From Octopus bimaculoides (lineage: Eukaryota), in NCBI RefSeq assembly GCF_001194135.2, contig NC_068989.1, forward strand, positions 29,101,987-29,165,986: a stretch of DNA of 64,000 bases, read 5' to 3'. Below the pieces are notes generated by a model. That model did not search any database, was not told where the DNA came from, and saw only the letters and a list, made by a program, of their open reading frames with translations. Numbering within the stretch: the first letter of the stretch is position 1; every line of letters begins with the position of its first letter. Below, piece after piece: positions 50,783-64,000 of this stretch. Both the position numbers and the translations under genes were made by a program.

Positions 50783-53700
50783 CAATACTAGCTGCACATA
50801 AGGCAACAGAAGTAGAAGCTTTAATAACAGCCAGCTACACATGTAATCAATAAATCAATTCTGAGAAAGAATGTGGGGTGCATACAGATGCAATGTTGCT
50901 AGAGAAGGTAGTGGTGATGAAGAATCTAGTGTAATTTCATATAAGTAACCTGACAGAACACTTTATACACACAGCACCCACTCCCTCGTCTACCTTTATT
51001 CATTACTTGTCTGTGTGTTCTTTCACATCAAAGCAAATGAGTGGACAGATACATTTAGGTGTGCATGTGTGTATACATGTACACTCACACTTATGTACAT
51101 ATGCATTCTCACACACACTTGCATGCACATGTACACTCACACTTGAGTGCACATGCATTCTCACATGTGTTATATGTTTATTATGTATTTCATGAGGAAG
51201 CAGGCTGCTCAACCTGTTAGTAATAGCAGCCAAATATCCCTCAAACTACATTCTACACTCTTAAAAAAACAGGGCCAAAGTAAGTAAACTTAATAGACAC
51301 TATGTCTGAAGAAAAATATAATGGAATGGCCTAGGCTAGATAGCCTTTGATCATAAGTTAACACAATTATAAAAAACCTGTGGCTAAAATAACAAAAAAA
51401 TTGTTTTAACCTAACTTTTGCAATAATAACTTTATAAATGGAGTACTTACTATTACTAATCATCAACTATTAATTCAAAAATTATTTTTGTTTTTAATTG
51501 ACACTTTTGATCAAGGCCATGATTACTTCACCTTTCAGTATTCCAGAGTACTGGCACTTATGAATCTACTGTACCATAAAAAGAAGTGCCCTAGTCCAAT
51601 GTCTGAAACCAGGAAAAGAATGAAGGGAAAATCAAAACTAGCCTTATATTTTAACAGCAACAAATAATCTGTTGTGGTGACATTACTGCTTTTTACAAAA
51701 ACATTAGCAGTGGATTTTCAGTGGATTCAATGGAAAATTACAAACAATTTGTCGATTCAGCTCAGAAGAGCTTAGTTAAAGTGCACACCATACATACACA
51801 TGTGACAATATTGATTGACACTAAAAAGTTATAAAATGATAATGATAATGGTATTTGACTTCAGCATTACTTATGATAAAACCAAATGATATAGATAACT
51901 GACAATTAACTTTGACAAGCAAGGTATTAAATACAACTTTGGAGAGGACCAACCTACTGATCAGAAAGCAGCTTGGGTGATATTTAACAAAAAACTGCAG
52001 CAGGCTCCGACAGATTTTAGAATAAAGTAAAGGTATATTTGATACATTTCTATTTCTCCTTAAAAATTTTGATTCAACTAAAGGCAGGGGAACAAATGTG
52101 TATATTGGTTTAGAATTTTTCCTAGCTCTTATATAATATTTTACTCCTTTCTCTGGGTTGCCTTATGAATACTTATTTACAAAAAATAAAGAATATTTAT
52201 ATAAAAATAACTAATATAAGGAGTGTGCAACAAGCTGCAGTTAAGTGTGAAGTGGAAAAGTATCCAGAATAAATCACTTAAAAATTGATCATGACTGAAG
52301 ACGAGAAAATGCTTCTGTCTTATATTGAGTCATTATATAAATTAATGGTAATTACTAGTTTAATCTACCCAATTTGGAGTAGTTCTGTATCATCAATGTC
52401 TTTAGGCAAAGTTGCATGATGTCATCAATCTTCCTTTTTACAATAAATACTGATTTTTACACAGAATTGGAGGGTATACAAAAAGGAATAACAAAAACAA
52501 AGGAATTTCAACATCTCGATTTTGATGATGACCCATTTCTTGCCTATAAAGATAGAGAAGATGTACCCTTATAACTGAATATGAGATTGAACAGGAATAT
52601 GACTAAATGACAATAAAAGAAAAAGACAAGTAAGTGTTAGACTCCAGTAGTGTTTTTTAGACATCCAGCAAAATAGAGAAAAAGTTGCCATAATAATGTT
52701 CTTTTATACTTAACTTTCTGGGTAAGTCACATAGAAAAACACAAGGAGAAATTTACACTGGTTTAAGAAAACCATGAACTTTACAGTGCTCAGAAATCAC
52801 TGAACTGTTGAAGACATCCAGAGGCTAGGTGTTGGAGTCTCTGACACACTTCCACAATTTCCATCTACCAAATTTCCCTCATAAAGTTTTGGTTGACCCA
52901 AAGGTATGATAGAAGACACCAAGATGCAAACATCAGAATTAAACTGTAGCCCCAAAATATAAAGGTCAAAAAGTTTAATTTCCATCTAAAACTCAAATTC
53001 TGTGACTTAGATGTAGATTAATGGAGCATGAATAAAATCTATGAAAAGTGTTTTGACAATATTTACAAGAAATGATAGAAAGGCTTTCATCACAAATGAA
53101 TAAATTTGATCAAGACCAGACCAACAGTTATCATTTAACACCATTTTTACAAACAACTACTATATAGTTGGGTCCCTGTCTCACAGATTTCAAAAGTATT
53201 TGTGTTTTCTTTAAAGTCAGTTTTTCCTGGCTAGTATGATTTAGATGAGATAAAATTTAAGGCAGGATTTTTATGGCCAACTAAATAAAAAAAGTTCCTT
53301 ACCCACTTATCAAGAAAGGGACTCTTTATTCCAGAGGAATTCAAAAACAGAGAGCTGGTGGACAATTTATTAATAGGGAACAACAACTAGGGTCACACAC
53401 TGCAGTCCAACCATAACAAGTGACTTTACTATCCATAGCTGTAGTTCAGCAGAGTTTTGTAAACATTTTCACACACACACACTTTAAGCGCCTTTCAGTC
53501 TCTGTCTACCAAATTCCCTCACAAGACAGTGGTTGGCCTGAGGCTATAGTAGAAAACTCTTGCCTAAGGTGCCATTCTGTGAAACTGAACCCAAAGCTAT
53601 GTGGATGAGAAGTAGATTTCTTAATTGCTCAACTGTACTTGCACCTACAGCAGGAGAAGGGAGGAAGAATGGTAATGTTCTTGACCTTTGCAAAATCAAG

Positions 53701-55699
53701 TTGTCTTATTGGAGGCTTCAGAATGAACTGGATGTAAAAAAAAAATTTAAAAAAAAGTGTTACATTGCTGAACGTCCACTGAAAAACTTTTTCATGTGTC
53801 TTTAGACAAAGTAAGATGGTCACTGGTGATTGTTTTAGAAATATCATGTTATAAATGTAGCCAATATAAAACATGAAAGACACTACTGGGGTGCCAAAGT
53901 AAGCAATCATTAAAAAAAAACCCTATCATCATGTAAGAAATATAACTCGAAAACAAGCCTATTACTTAGGCTATTTGGCACTGTGTGTCCCAGTTGCATA
54001 TTTAAGGGTAAGACCTTAATTTGAGGTATTTAACATTCACCACAAGAATATTTACAGAAACAGTTGAAAGCTAAGACCATAGCTTCAACATAGGGATTTT
54101 TCAGGTGAAGTGTTAGTAGAATTAGGACAAACTTTCTCGCAGGATGCATAATTCAACTATAATAACAGTAACATAGGGATGCTTTACCTTTCCAGTACAA
54201 ATATCATTATGAAAATTAAACCGTAAAAAAAAAAAAAAGAACCTCTCAGCTGAATATATGAAGAAAGGTTGGTTGTTGTTTTTAAAACAACAAGTTTCTA
54301 GTTTAAAAACAGTCAATAGACAAAGGTTTGGTCAATTTCACTGTGGACAATGAATAGAGAAAAGAGATCAGACTATTATGAATTCTGCTACAAAAAGAAA
54401 AAGATGTATATAGAAGCAGGACACAATTATGTCAATCTCATACTCCAAAATACAAAATTTCGTACCTAAAACCATGAGATGCTCAATAGTGAAGAAATCT
54501 AAACTATGATGGAGCTCTACGAACCCTTGTAATATAGATCAAGTTATTCAGTTTGGAAACTTAATAGAACTGTAATGGAATTAAATGTATGACTTAAATA
54601 TTTAACGATACATATAACTAATACTAAAGCAAACAAACTGATTCTTAATAATAATTATTGACATAATTGATTCAATGGTATAAAATATACAATACAACAA
54701 GTGAAGGAAAAAAACTAGTCGATATTCTGTAAGTGTAGCATGTATTAGATGTCAAAACAGGACATATTTTTAAAGAAGACAATATATTTAGTGAATAATG
54801 TTAGTTAATGAGTGACAGATATATATGATTGAACCAATCAATTAATACAATGCTGAAATATTATACATGCTCAGAAGGCATTGAATGCTTAATTTCTTTG
54901 GAGTTGAATAGCAATATTGGGAAAGCAGTGGGAGGGGGGACAAAAACCTGAAATACTTATGAAATAACATAATTCAGAAATATACAGACTATTAATAAAA
55001 GTTAAATTTAAAGACAGAGTTATGTTTTACATTTGTCTATGTTAACTCTTTTCTTACCATTCTGTTTCTGTTCATTTGGAAAATAATGAAGAATTTCACA
55101 AAATAACTTTGTTCTTGTTAACCAGTTATTAGGAACATTAATTAACAAAAAATTTTCATGAAAGTTTTGAATGTAGATCAGTTTAAATCAGGAAGTTTGT
55201 ATTATTAAGTCAGGAGTGACCTAACATGGGTTAGTATCAAACAGGTTAACATGCTAGCAAAGGTTGAAAGGATCATCTACATTTGCTTGACATGTGCAGA
55301 AAGTATTTTTATGATCTTATTCATGTTACTAAAAGAAAATAAAAGCTGCATAATTTCTCAAGTGTTTCAAAGAATTTACATGAATCTAATTTTGTACACA
55401 AGTACAATTTTGATACTATTAGCCAGTTACAAAAAATGTTTCCACACAAAATTCAAATCTAGTCAATAGCTATAGGCTTGTTAAGATTTTGAAGATTTTG
55501 TCAAGTTTCACTACTACTAATGAACTTTGAAGTTACTTCCTGTAATTATTAGTAAATGTTGTTATTAGCAATAAGATGTATGGAATAAAAGAGACATGAA
55601 TATCATCATAGAGTATGTGTGATGGTGGCGGTGGAATGGAACAGACCTGAAAAGTTTTGAATAATTTTTGGTAAAAAAACTTTTGATAAAAAGCACCCT

Positions 55700-56108
55700 T
55701 CAATCGTTGGGTGATATGCTGTGCTTGTGAAGACATGTCAAGCCAAGTGAAATCAGAGTCATGGCCAATGCCACTGTCATCTGACTGGCACCTCTGCCGG
55801 TGGCACATAAAAAAAGAACCATCCAAGCATTGGGCATTCATGGAGGCAATGACAGGTGACTGAGATCTTTGGCAATATACTGTGCTTGTGTAGACCTGTC
55901 AAGCCAAGTGAGATCAGAGTCATAGCTGATGCTGGTGTCACATCAGTTGCACCCATGCTGGTGGCATGTAAAAAGCATCCACTACACTCTCAGAGTGGTT
56001 GGCATTAGGAAGGGCATCAAGCTGTAGAAACATTGCCAAATTGGATTACAGCCTGGTGCAGCTCCCTGGCTTACCAGTTTTCAGTCAAACGATGATGATG
56101 ACGACGAT
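55700..56108 (+). mobile_element. RTE 3' end with a ~190-bp tandem duplication of ORF end plus hairpin module
   Basis: gatatgctgtgcttgtgaagac.tgtcaagccaagtga.atcagagtc occurs twice, followed by the conserved tail. Confidence 0.8.
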
Positions 56109-57860
56109 ACAATGTCGTAAGTTGAAAGAAACTCTACAGGTTAGAAATGGTTTATTTATCTACCTAGCTAGCTAGAGAAAGAGAATAAATCATTCAAGTT
56201 TAGCATTATAATATATATTCATACACCAGCAGGCTTAAACCATTGAAAATAGCTTGAATGGTAATTTGATAAATGTATAAAAATTGGAAATATTTACGGT
56301 GTGTAACATGTAAAAGAATAGACAAAGTACTTTATTCTTTAATAAAGATTCTTCCAACTGACTAGAAGCAAGGTTTCTTTACAAGCCCATATTGTCTTTA
56401 AGAAACAGTCTCTAATAAGTGGTATGCATCAATTAATTAAACACATAATACTATTGTTGCTCTGTAACAATCACTTGAGTCGCTCCATTTGACATCAAGG
56501 ATTCAACAAACACACACAACCATTTTCAGCACTCATTCAAATTAATTAAAAAAACAATTGTATTCGTCTCATAATTAATTTCTCCTGTTCCTATTGAATT
56601 GATCAAATGTAAGCCTCAAGCTTATAATAACCTTTCATCAGCCATCAAATGTAAATTCTGGAATCTAATTTAGTTGAAATCATGCCCCACCACCCACCCA
56701 CCTACCCACCTCAACAGTAAAGTCACTCTAAACTGACATGAATACAAGTGAGTACTAAACTCAATCCAGCTAAGATCAGAACAGAAACTACTTTTAGACA
56801 GTAGAATGTGCCAAACTAATTTATGAAAAATATAACCTAAGCTGGAGAGGAAAACAATGCATATCTTTTTCTTTTATTTTTTTACAGTCATTGAGATGCA
56901 CTCACACTAGGGCACTGCTTTGAAGAGCTTAGTTGAAAAAATTAACCCAAGTACTTATTTTTTTAAAGTCTGATACTTTATTCTATTGGTACTTTTTACT
57001 GAATCGTTAAGATACAGGAATATAAACAAACCAAAAGTGGTAAAGGGGACAAATGCAAACAAAAAAGACACATTTAGATATATGACAAACTTCTGTAGAG
57101 TTTCTGCCCACTAAATTGGTCAGCCTGGGGCTATAGTAGAAAACATGTCACACACTGGAATTGAACATGAAACCCGTGTGCTTGCAAAGTGAGCTTCTTA
57201 AACACAAAACTATGTCTGTGCCCATGAAGAGATTACAAAAACAAAATTAAATTACAGGAAATGGGGAAGGTCAAGAAAAATACAACTGTATAGAGGCATT
57301 GTAACTAAAGTAAAAATTGGACAGATAGAATGGGAGCTGACAGGTTGCCAAAGTTGTGATAACAGTTCAAAGAGGTCATAGTTGAAACTGTGTCTATAAA
57401 GAAGTCACTTTTAGGATGTTGTAAAAAGGCTACAGATGAGATACTGACTGAAAGAAAGCATCATAGTTGGGACAATAACTGCCAAGACTACCCACTAGGG
57501 ACAGTAGCTGTAAAGTCATGCCATGTGGTACAGTAGAGACAGTGGTTGTAAGGACATACCAGTTAGGGCAGCGAATGTATGGACATACCAACATTTCTTA
57601 CCCTTGTATCATCCTGTGTTTGTATGAGATGTGCCCAGTTTACACTTTACACCTACAATCTAAAACCTAGCGCCAAATATATTTTAGCCCAGTCTGATGT
57701 TCAATGGTTACCAATGAGAGACAAACAGACAGACAGCCACAGAGAGAGAGAGAAATATTACATTTAGCAAGCATGGCAGAATAGTTAAGAAGTATATTTT
57801 GCAATCATGAAGTATTCAATGCATGGCACCTTCAACAAGTTTTTTTAACAATAATCTTAC

Positions 57861-57867
57861 CTAACAT
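57861..57867 (-). CDS. Speculative coding end of an upstream PHACTR exon (ATG TTA G|gtaaga)
   Basis: ATG followed by a strong AG|GTAAGA donor in phase 1; splicing to 37597 would give [10 protein letters not shown]... Motif evidence only. Confidence 0.2.
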
Positions 57868-58992
57868 AAAAGGTATATGGAAATAGTTATATTTACAATT
57901 CAATGAGTAGATAGTTCCTTTGATTGAAAGAGGGGGTGATTTATCATCAAAACTGACAAAGATCTATTTATTTAACAGTGAAAAACAAGTTGGTACTATA
58001 GGAATTTTCTTTTTAGGGCATAGATCTTATTTTCTTTAGATGTTCAAAATATTGATATTAACCATAGGTATAATGTCTGAAATTAACCTATGTCAACCCC
58101 AAACATTTTGACTGATGCTTTATTGACCTGTGGAAAGCTGAAGACAAAATATTAAACACTGCACTGAGGAAAGATATATTATTTTCCATAGGCAAAAAAT
58201 AAATACATGAATAAATAACAATTAAAATCAATAATATAGTCTGTTTCTTAATGCTGAGTATCATAAAATTCAATAAAAAAGAAATTTATGATTCTAAAGT
58301 CACAGATCAATGCAAGATCTTAGGTTACTGATACTTTAACTTTAGTTAAATACCTACTTTTCAGCAACTTTTTCTTTGTTTTGTACAAAGAATAATGCTA
58401 TATTTTCTGAAAGTTCTTTAAAGCAACAAGTTTTATAAAAATGAAAATGTGCTCTAATAGCATAAAATAGTCTAATAACAGAGAAGAAATACAGGGTGCG
58501 GCAGAAGTAATGCCCTTTTTGCATTTAATAACTTTTATAGCATTCTAGACTTACTACCCAGCCTTGCCCAGTAAAGTATTCATGGAATTGGTTGCCAGTT
58601 TGTAGAATGGGAATATATGGTACTTCTGGACTTATTTAATTGAAACTATGCAAACAATAGTAATCAGCTTACATGAGCAGAGGTTTTGGCACTACTTAAA
58701 TACAGAGGTCCCAAACAGTGCACACTCGTTAGGGTTACATTCCTTTTATATCATTACGTAGATGGGTCAGGACCTCTGTATTTAAGTAGTACCTGAAAAT
58801 TACCCCTTACTTTCATTTTAAAATGAAAGAGAGGAGAAAGTGAAAGATGTATGAATGTGTATATGAAATGGATGTGTGTGCGTGAGAGAGAGAGAGAGAG
58901 AGAGAGAGAGTGCCACACATACATGTGAACACACACGTTCACTCATTCACTCACTCACTCACACATTCTCTCTCTCTCTCACAAGTACATCG

Positions 58993-60088
58993 TTGTCAAT
59001 GGATGTTGGCTCTGTCCATTATTTGAGCTGCGCTCCTTTTGTCTATTTGTGTGCATGTATGTGTGTCAGTGTGCATGTGTGTTTGTGTATATATGTGTAT
59101 ATTTATGTGTGTACCTGTCTCCTTGTGTGTGCGTGTTTGAGTGTCTACATGTATGAGTTTGTGTGACTGTGTACGTGCGTCTGTTATGTATGGGTATGTA
59201 TCTTCATATGTCTTTGTGTGTATGCGTATATGTGTGTATATGGTCATGTGTTTCTGTCTCTTTTTGTGTATGTGCTTTTCTGTCTATATTACCTATGTAC
59301 CTATTAATCTACTTACCTATGTATCTATCTGTTTACCTATATATCCATTTACCTATCCATATATATAAATTTGTCTACCTAACATCCTACTAGCAAATGT
59401 TCCTATGCAAGTATATTATGTGGGTATTTGGGTACCACTGCCTTCTAAGTGTATTTCCTATTTAGTACAGGGGGTGTTTCATTTACAAGGATGTACTCCT
59501 GTATTTGTCAGAGTGATGGATCCTTCAGGTGTATGGATATCTGCATTTTATCCAAGCACTCGAAGGACCCATCACTCAGACAAATACAGGAGTACATCCT
59601 CATAAATGAAACACCCCCTGTACTAAATAGGAAATACACACTGAAGGCAGTGATACCCCAATACCCACATAATATACTTACATAGGTACATTTGCTAATA
59701 GGATGTTAGGTAGACACATTTATATATATGGGTAGGTGAATGGATATGTAAGTAAACAGATAGATGCATAGGTATTCGGTACATAGGCAATATAGACAGA
59801 CACACACACAAAAGGAGATGGAAACACACGACCATATACACACATACACTCCACACACACGCATACACACAAAGACATATGGAGATGCATATCCATACAT
59901 AACAGATGTACATACATAGTCACACGAACTCATACACACACATGAATATGCAGAATACATTTATACATACGTACACACACGCATATGATGTACATACATG
60001 CATACACAAACACATGCACACTGGCACACACACACACATGTACAAACAGACAGATAACTCCAATAACAGAGTCAACATCCATTGACAA
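58993..60088. repeat. Long inverted repeat (arms ~545 bp, 9-nt loop at 59540-59548)
   Basis: Terminal ttgtcaatggatgttggctctgt pairs with acagagtcaacatccattgacaa; core 59368-59526 vs 59562-59720 is about 90% complementary. Confidence 0.95.
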
Positions 60089-60971
60089 GGTTGCAAAAGC
60101 AATAAAAATTTTGGAAGAAAAAAATATATCAATAATGAATGGAAATTGAACTGGTGCATGTGCTACATATTAAGGCATTAAAACAGTATGACTCTCTCCA
60201 GACAACAAAATAATAATTGAATAGTAAAGTATTGTTATGCTATGATATAATGAGTACAGGACTTAGAACATTTGATTAACTATTAACTGACTGACAGGGA
60301 TAACAATTTACAAGCCAACAAACAGGCCACTATTTTTGTTGTTGCTTGACTTGCAAGAAATAGCAGCCAAATCTCCCTGAACTTGCATACAATGGTCATA
60401 AAACAAAAGGGAGAGCATATAAGGTAATGCAGTTCTAGATAAATGTAGTTCTAGATACACTATGTCTGCAAAAACAAAAAAGTAGAAATAAATAAAGGTA
60501 AAAATGAGATGGTATGGCTGAAATGTATCTGAGGGTTGCTTTGCTCATGCAGGAATGCCCAGGGCTAAACAATAATTTCTAGTTCTTATCAAATAAAATC
60601 AATATGATATTAATATCAAATTCAAAATATAAATAACATTAAATAACACACCAGTTGTTGGTTTCAAGAGAACTGCTGAGATGCAAAGACAGTTTCAAAC
60701 ATAAAGATACATCCCATTCTATCCTTCCATCATTGAGAAGAGATTCTAAATAATTCTGATTTTATAAGTCTGGTGTTAGCATCAGTCCTGCATAAAGCCC
60801 TAACATTTGTAGATGGTGAGCAAATGTTGATGCAATACAGTGTTGACAGGAATAACAGGTGTTTAGAATAACAGAATCTATTTGGTAATGATATGGAAGT
60901 TTATAACAACCTGTCTAAACTGACAAACAAAACTCACCTCATTAAACTTTGTGTATTCTTTGAGTAATTAT

Positions 60972-61765
60972 ATACAGGGTGTTTAGGCTAAATTTGACAA
61001 TTTTTATGCCTCCTCTTTTCAAGAGCAGCTTCATGTATTGGTGAACAGTCAATAGCAAAACAGAGCATAAAGGGTTGAGAAAAAGTTAGCTGACATGAAG
61101 GACTGGAAACCATCTGAATATTACCTGATTTACACCAGGTATCAAAACACCAATATCATAACTGTAAAGGCTGCAAGATGCAACATAGACAACTGCAACA
61201 GAGACGGACACAATAGTTGTTCTGACTGCATCCACATGTCAGAATTCATAACTACATCTTTGAACAGGATCTTAGGCTCAATTCAGATGGCTACATGAAG
61301 CTGCCAAAGACTATGGCCAAACCGCAGCTGGAAAGGGTGACTGCTGGAAGGCCACATGTGTGGCAACAGGATTTGACTCCTTGCCATACCTTTGGAAAGG
61401 GTTGGAAGTAGTTGGAGAATTTCTACAACTTCATCAGCTCCAATTTATGGCCTCCTAATTCCCACAAATGTAACCCCTTGTGCGGGATGCAGTTGAAAAA
61501 GACAGCAACTGCTCTGCCTGAAACACCAAGGCCAAACTGATGACTAAGATCATGGAGGTGTTCAAAGATCTTTCTAGGGACAAAGAGGTTCCAGAGCCAT
61601 CATGAGGCTGTGGTGGAAGCTGGGGATGGCTACTTTGAGTAAACTGTTATCTCCTAGCCATAATGTAGTTGATATTTTTTGATTTTTTAAAAAAATACTT
61701 ATATTTTTGGATGGAATATTGTGTTTTGTTTTCTTTTTATGCAAACTATCAAATTTGGCCCCAAC
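60972..61765 (+). mobile_element. Tc1/maT-like transposon relic
   Basis: TA|cagggtgtttaggctaaatttga terminus and a degenerate partner near 61750; WPPNS and RFQSHHEAVVEAGDGYFE* fragments. Confidence 0.7.
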
Positions 61766-63296
61766 TCGTTATCATCAGGATTCTTTAACAGTAAGAATAG
61801 AATAAAATGTCAGAACAATGTGAGAAATTGGTCAAATCCTGTGGATGGAGATACGCTGAAGTCATTAAAAAGAAGTGATTGTACACACCTTATTAATATA
61901 TTGATGTGGATTGTAAAAATTTCTGGCACAATTTTGATTTCTTTAATTTTATGCCATGTGTTCTCTAATTTTGTCCACTTTGTGTTTTTCTCTTATAGAT
62001 TATATAGTTATTAATCACTCCCTACCAAATTTATTGTAAATAATGAACATACTTTAAAGTATATACAGTAAAAATCGCATTCAGAAAAATGAAGTAGAAA
62101 TGTAAATATTTTAATTTTTATATTTTCTTGGCCACGACTGTAAATATGTTTGTCTGTTTCTCTCTCTTAAAGTACATACCCCCATCTCTCTCACTCCCCT
62201 CTCTCTCTCTCTCTCTCTCTTTCTCCTTTACAAGTTTAATTTGTTATCATAACTATTTTTTCCTGGTAGTTCTGTGTAACAGATGACTATAAATAAACAT
62301 TTTGTAGCAGAGCTGAAGTGTCTCCACCAACAATATTTTTTATGTATGAAATCTTTGGTATATCTTTGTATTGTTAGTTTGTTATTATTGTTTGGTGGCA
62401 CTGATCAAGGAGGTCTATGATCAAAGATATTCTAGCCCTGATCATCCTATCTTTTGTATTCAGACTTACAGGCATAGGTGTTGCTGTCTGATTAAAAAGT
62501 TTTCTACCCAACCACATGGTTTTGGGTTCAGTTCCACTGCATCACACCTTGAGCAACCATCTTCAGCTGTACACCCAAATATTAATCACACACATACACA
62601 CAAACGTTCACACATATATACCCCATCCTACCAAATATAAAACACACAAACCCATATACACACGCCACAGTAAACTCTGGGACCAATCAAAAACAGCCCA
62701 CACAAACACATGTATATACACACACACATAGAGACTTGCACAGAGACACACACACTCAAACCATTCTGACCTCTAAGACCAGTCCCAAAAACCACTGAAC
62801 CATGACGGACTAGACCAGAAACAAAAAAATCCTTTTAATTCTACATTGCTCTTCCTTCTCTCCACCCCAACCAGCCTCCCACACTGTCCCTTAAAGTAGC
62901 AAACATTCCCTAGCTACACACAAGAGAGAAAACATGTTAAAAAGACAGGTAGGTTCCTCTCCAATTTTTGGTAAATCCTTAGATATATCTCCTTCTGTGT
63001 ATCATGCTCTGGTCTCTGTTTTGGCATTGTTTCAGTGGCTTGATGCCCTTCCTAACAGCAATCACTTTGCAATGTGTACTTTTTCGTATCACTAGTAATA
63101 TAGAGGTCACCATGTAACTTGGAAGTCTACAATCCCGAGGAGGGGATGTGCTGCATCCATGTTACAGGGGGATTAACCCATTACTTGCAATGAACCCCAT
63201 TTGGTGATCTGCTAAAACAGTTTCACTGTTCGTTGTATTTAAAGTGAATTGCTTGTGTACATTGCATTTGCAGAGGTGTGTTTAACAATATCTATA

Positions 63297-63620
63297 GGCG
63301 TAGGAGTGGTTGTGTGGTAAGTAGCTTGGTTACCAACCACATGATTCCGGGTTCAGTCCCACCGCGTAGCACCTTGGGCAAGTGTCTTCTACTATAGCCC
63401 CGGGCCGACCAAATCTTTGTGAGTGGATTTGGTAGACGGAAACTGAAAGAAGCCCATCGTATATATGTATATATTATACGTATGTGTGTGTCTGTGTTTG
63501 TCCTCCCAACATCACTTGACAACCGATGCTGATGTGTAACTTAGCGGTTCAGCAAAAGAGACCGATAGAATAAGTACTAGGTTTACAAAGAATAAGTCAG
63601 GGGTTGATTTGCTTGACTAA
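63297..63620 (+). mobile_element. tRNA-derived CORE-like SINE (resembles octopus OR-type SINEs)
   Basis: Head gtggtaagtagctt...gggttcagtccc and core caccttgggcaagtgtcttc. Decayed copies at ~16950, 37060, 40635, 41950, 53490, 57095 and 62455. Confidence 0.8.
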
Positions 63621-64000
63621 ACAAGTAAAAGAGAGTTTGTCATTATTAGCTCTGGCTAATTCTAGAGGACATTTTATGGCATAAATTGCAATTTTTGAAC
63701 TACAAAAATATTGACTGTTTTGAAAAGGTTTTTTTTTCTTTGCATTTCCCATCTATATCATTCATTGATATTTCATACACATTTGCATTTGATGCTATAG
63801 TTAAAAAAAAAAAAAAACTAAAATGTTTATCATTTCAATTGAATAGAAAAGGATAAATATGCTTTTTTTCAGTGACCCCCATTTAAAATATGTAACATTA
63901 TGATAGCTGGTGACAATATCATGTTCTATTTCACAAATGGCTAGGTTCTGCAGCCATTGTACTGAATGATCTCCACCACAGTTTTAACGACAGGTTGCAT

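Noticed and set aside
50448-50853. 117-123 aa ORFs with poly-S/V/L
   Set aside because: Driven by the (AGT)n/(AGC)n microsatellite; no domain or splice support.
60925-60960. Strong minus-strand donor gag|gtgagt
   Set aside because: The phase-1 frame has stops immediately upstream; it could only be a non-coding exon, and there is no other support.

Overview
AT-rich, repeat-dense animal genomic DNA with five N gaps. The SINE, RTE and microsatellite complement points to an octopod cephalopod; this is inferred from remembered repeat families, not from a database search. The host gene is a minus-strand PHACTR-family (phosphatase and actin regulator) gene that the ORF track misses. Two clean phase-1 exons are visible: 37597-37442 ([18 protein letters not shown], basic NLS region) and 10259-10152 (RPEL repeat, DLERKISMRSTREELIRKGVLKE), separated by a ~27 kb intron. 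The rest appears intronic and is filled with decayed transposons: several RTE LINEs, a Copia-type LTR element and a Mutator-like element each nested in an RTE, mariner/Tc1 and hAT relics, an R4/Dong fragment and several SINE families. The most notable observations are: (1) an internally deleted U6 snRNA fused at its oligo-U end to an RTE-type tail (23360-23862); (2) a ~1.1 kb hairpin with a 9-nt loop (58993-60088); (3) a Copia element whose LTR/PBS polarity is opposite to its pol; (4) an A16 poly-lysine run inside the PHACTR exon; (5) a degenerate Penelope-type minimal hammerhead ribozyme (1482-1526).
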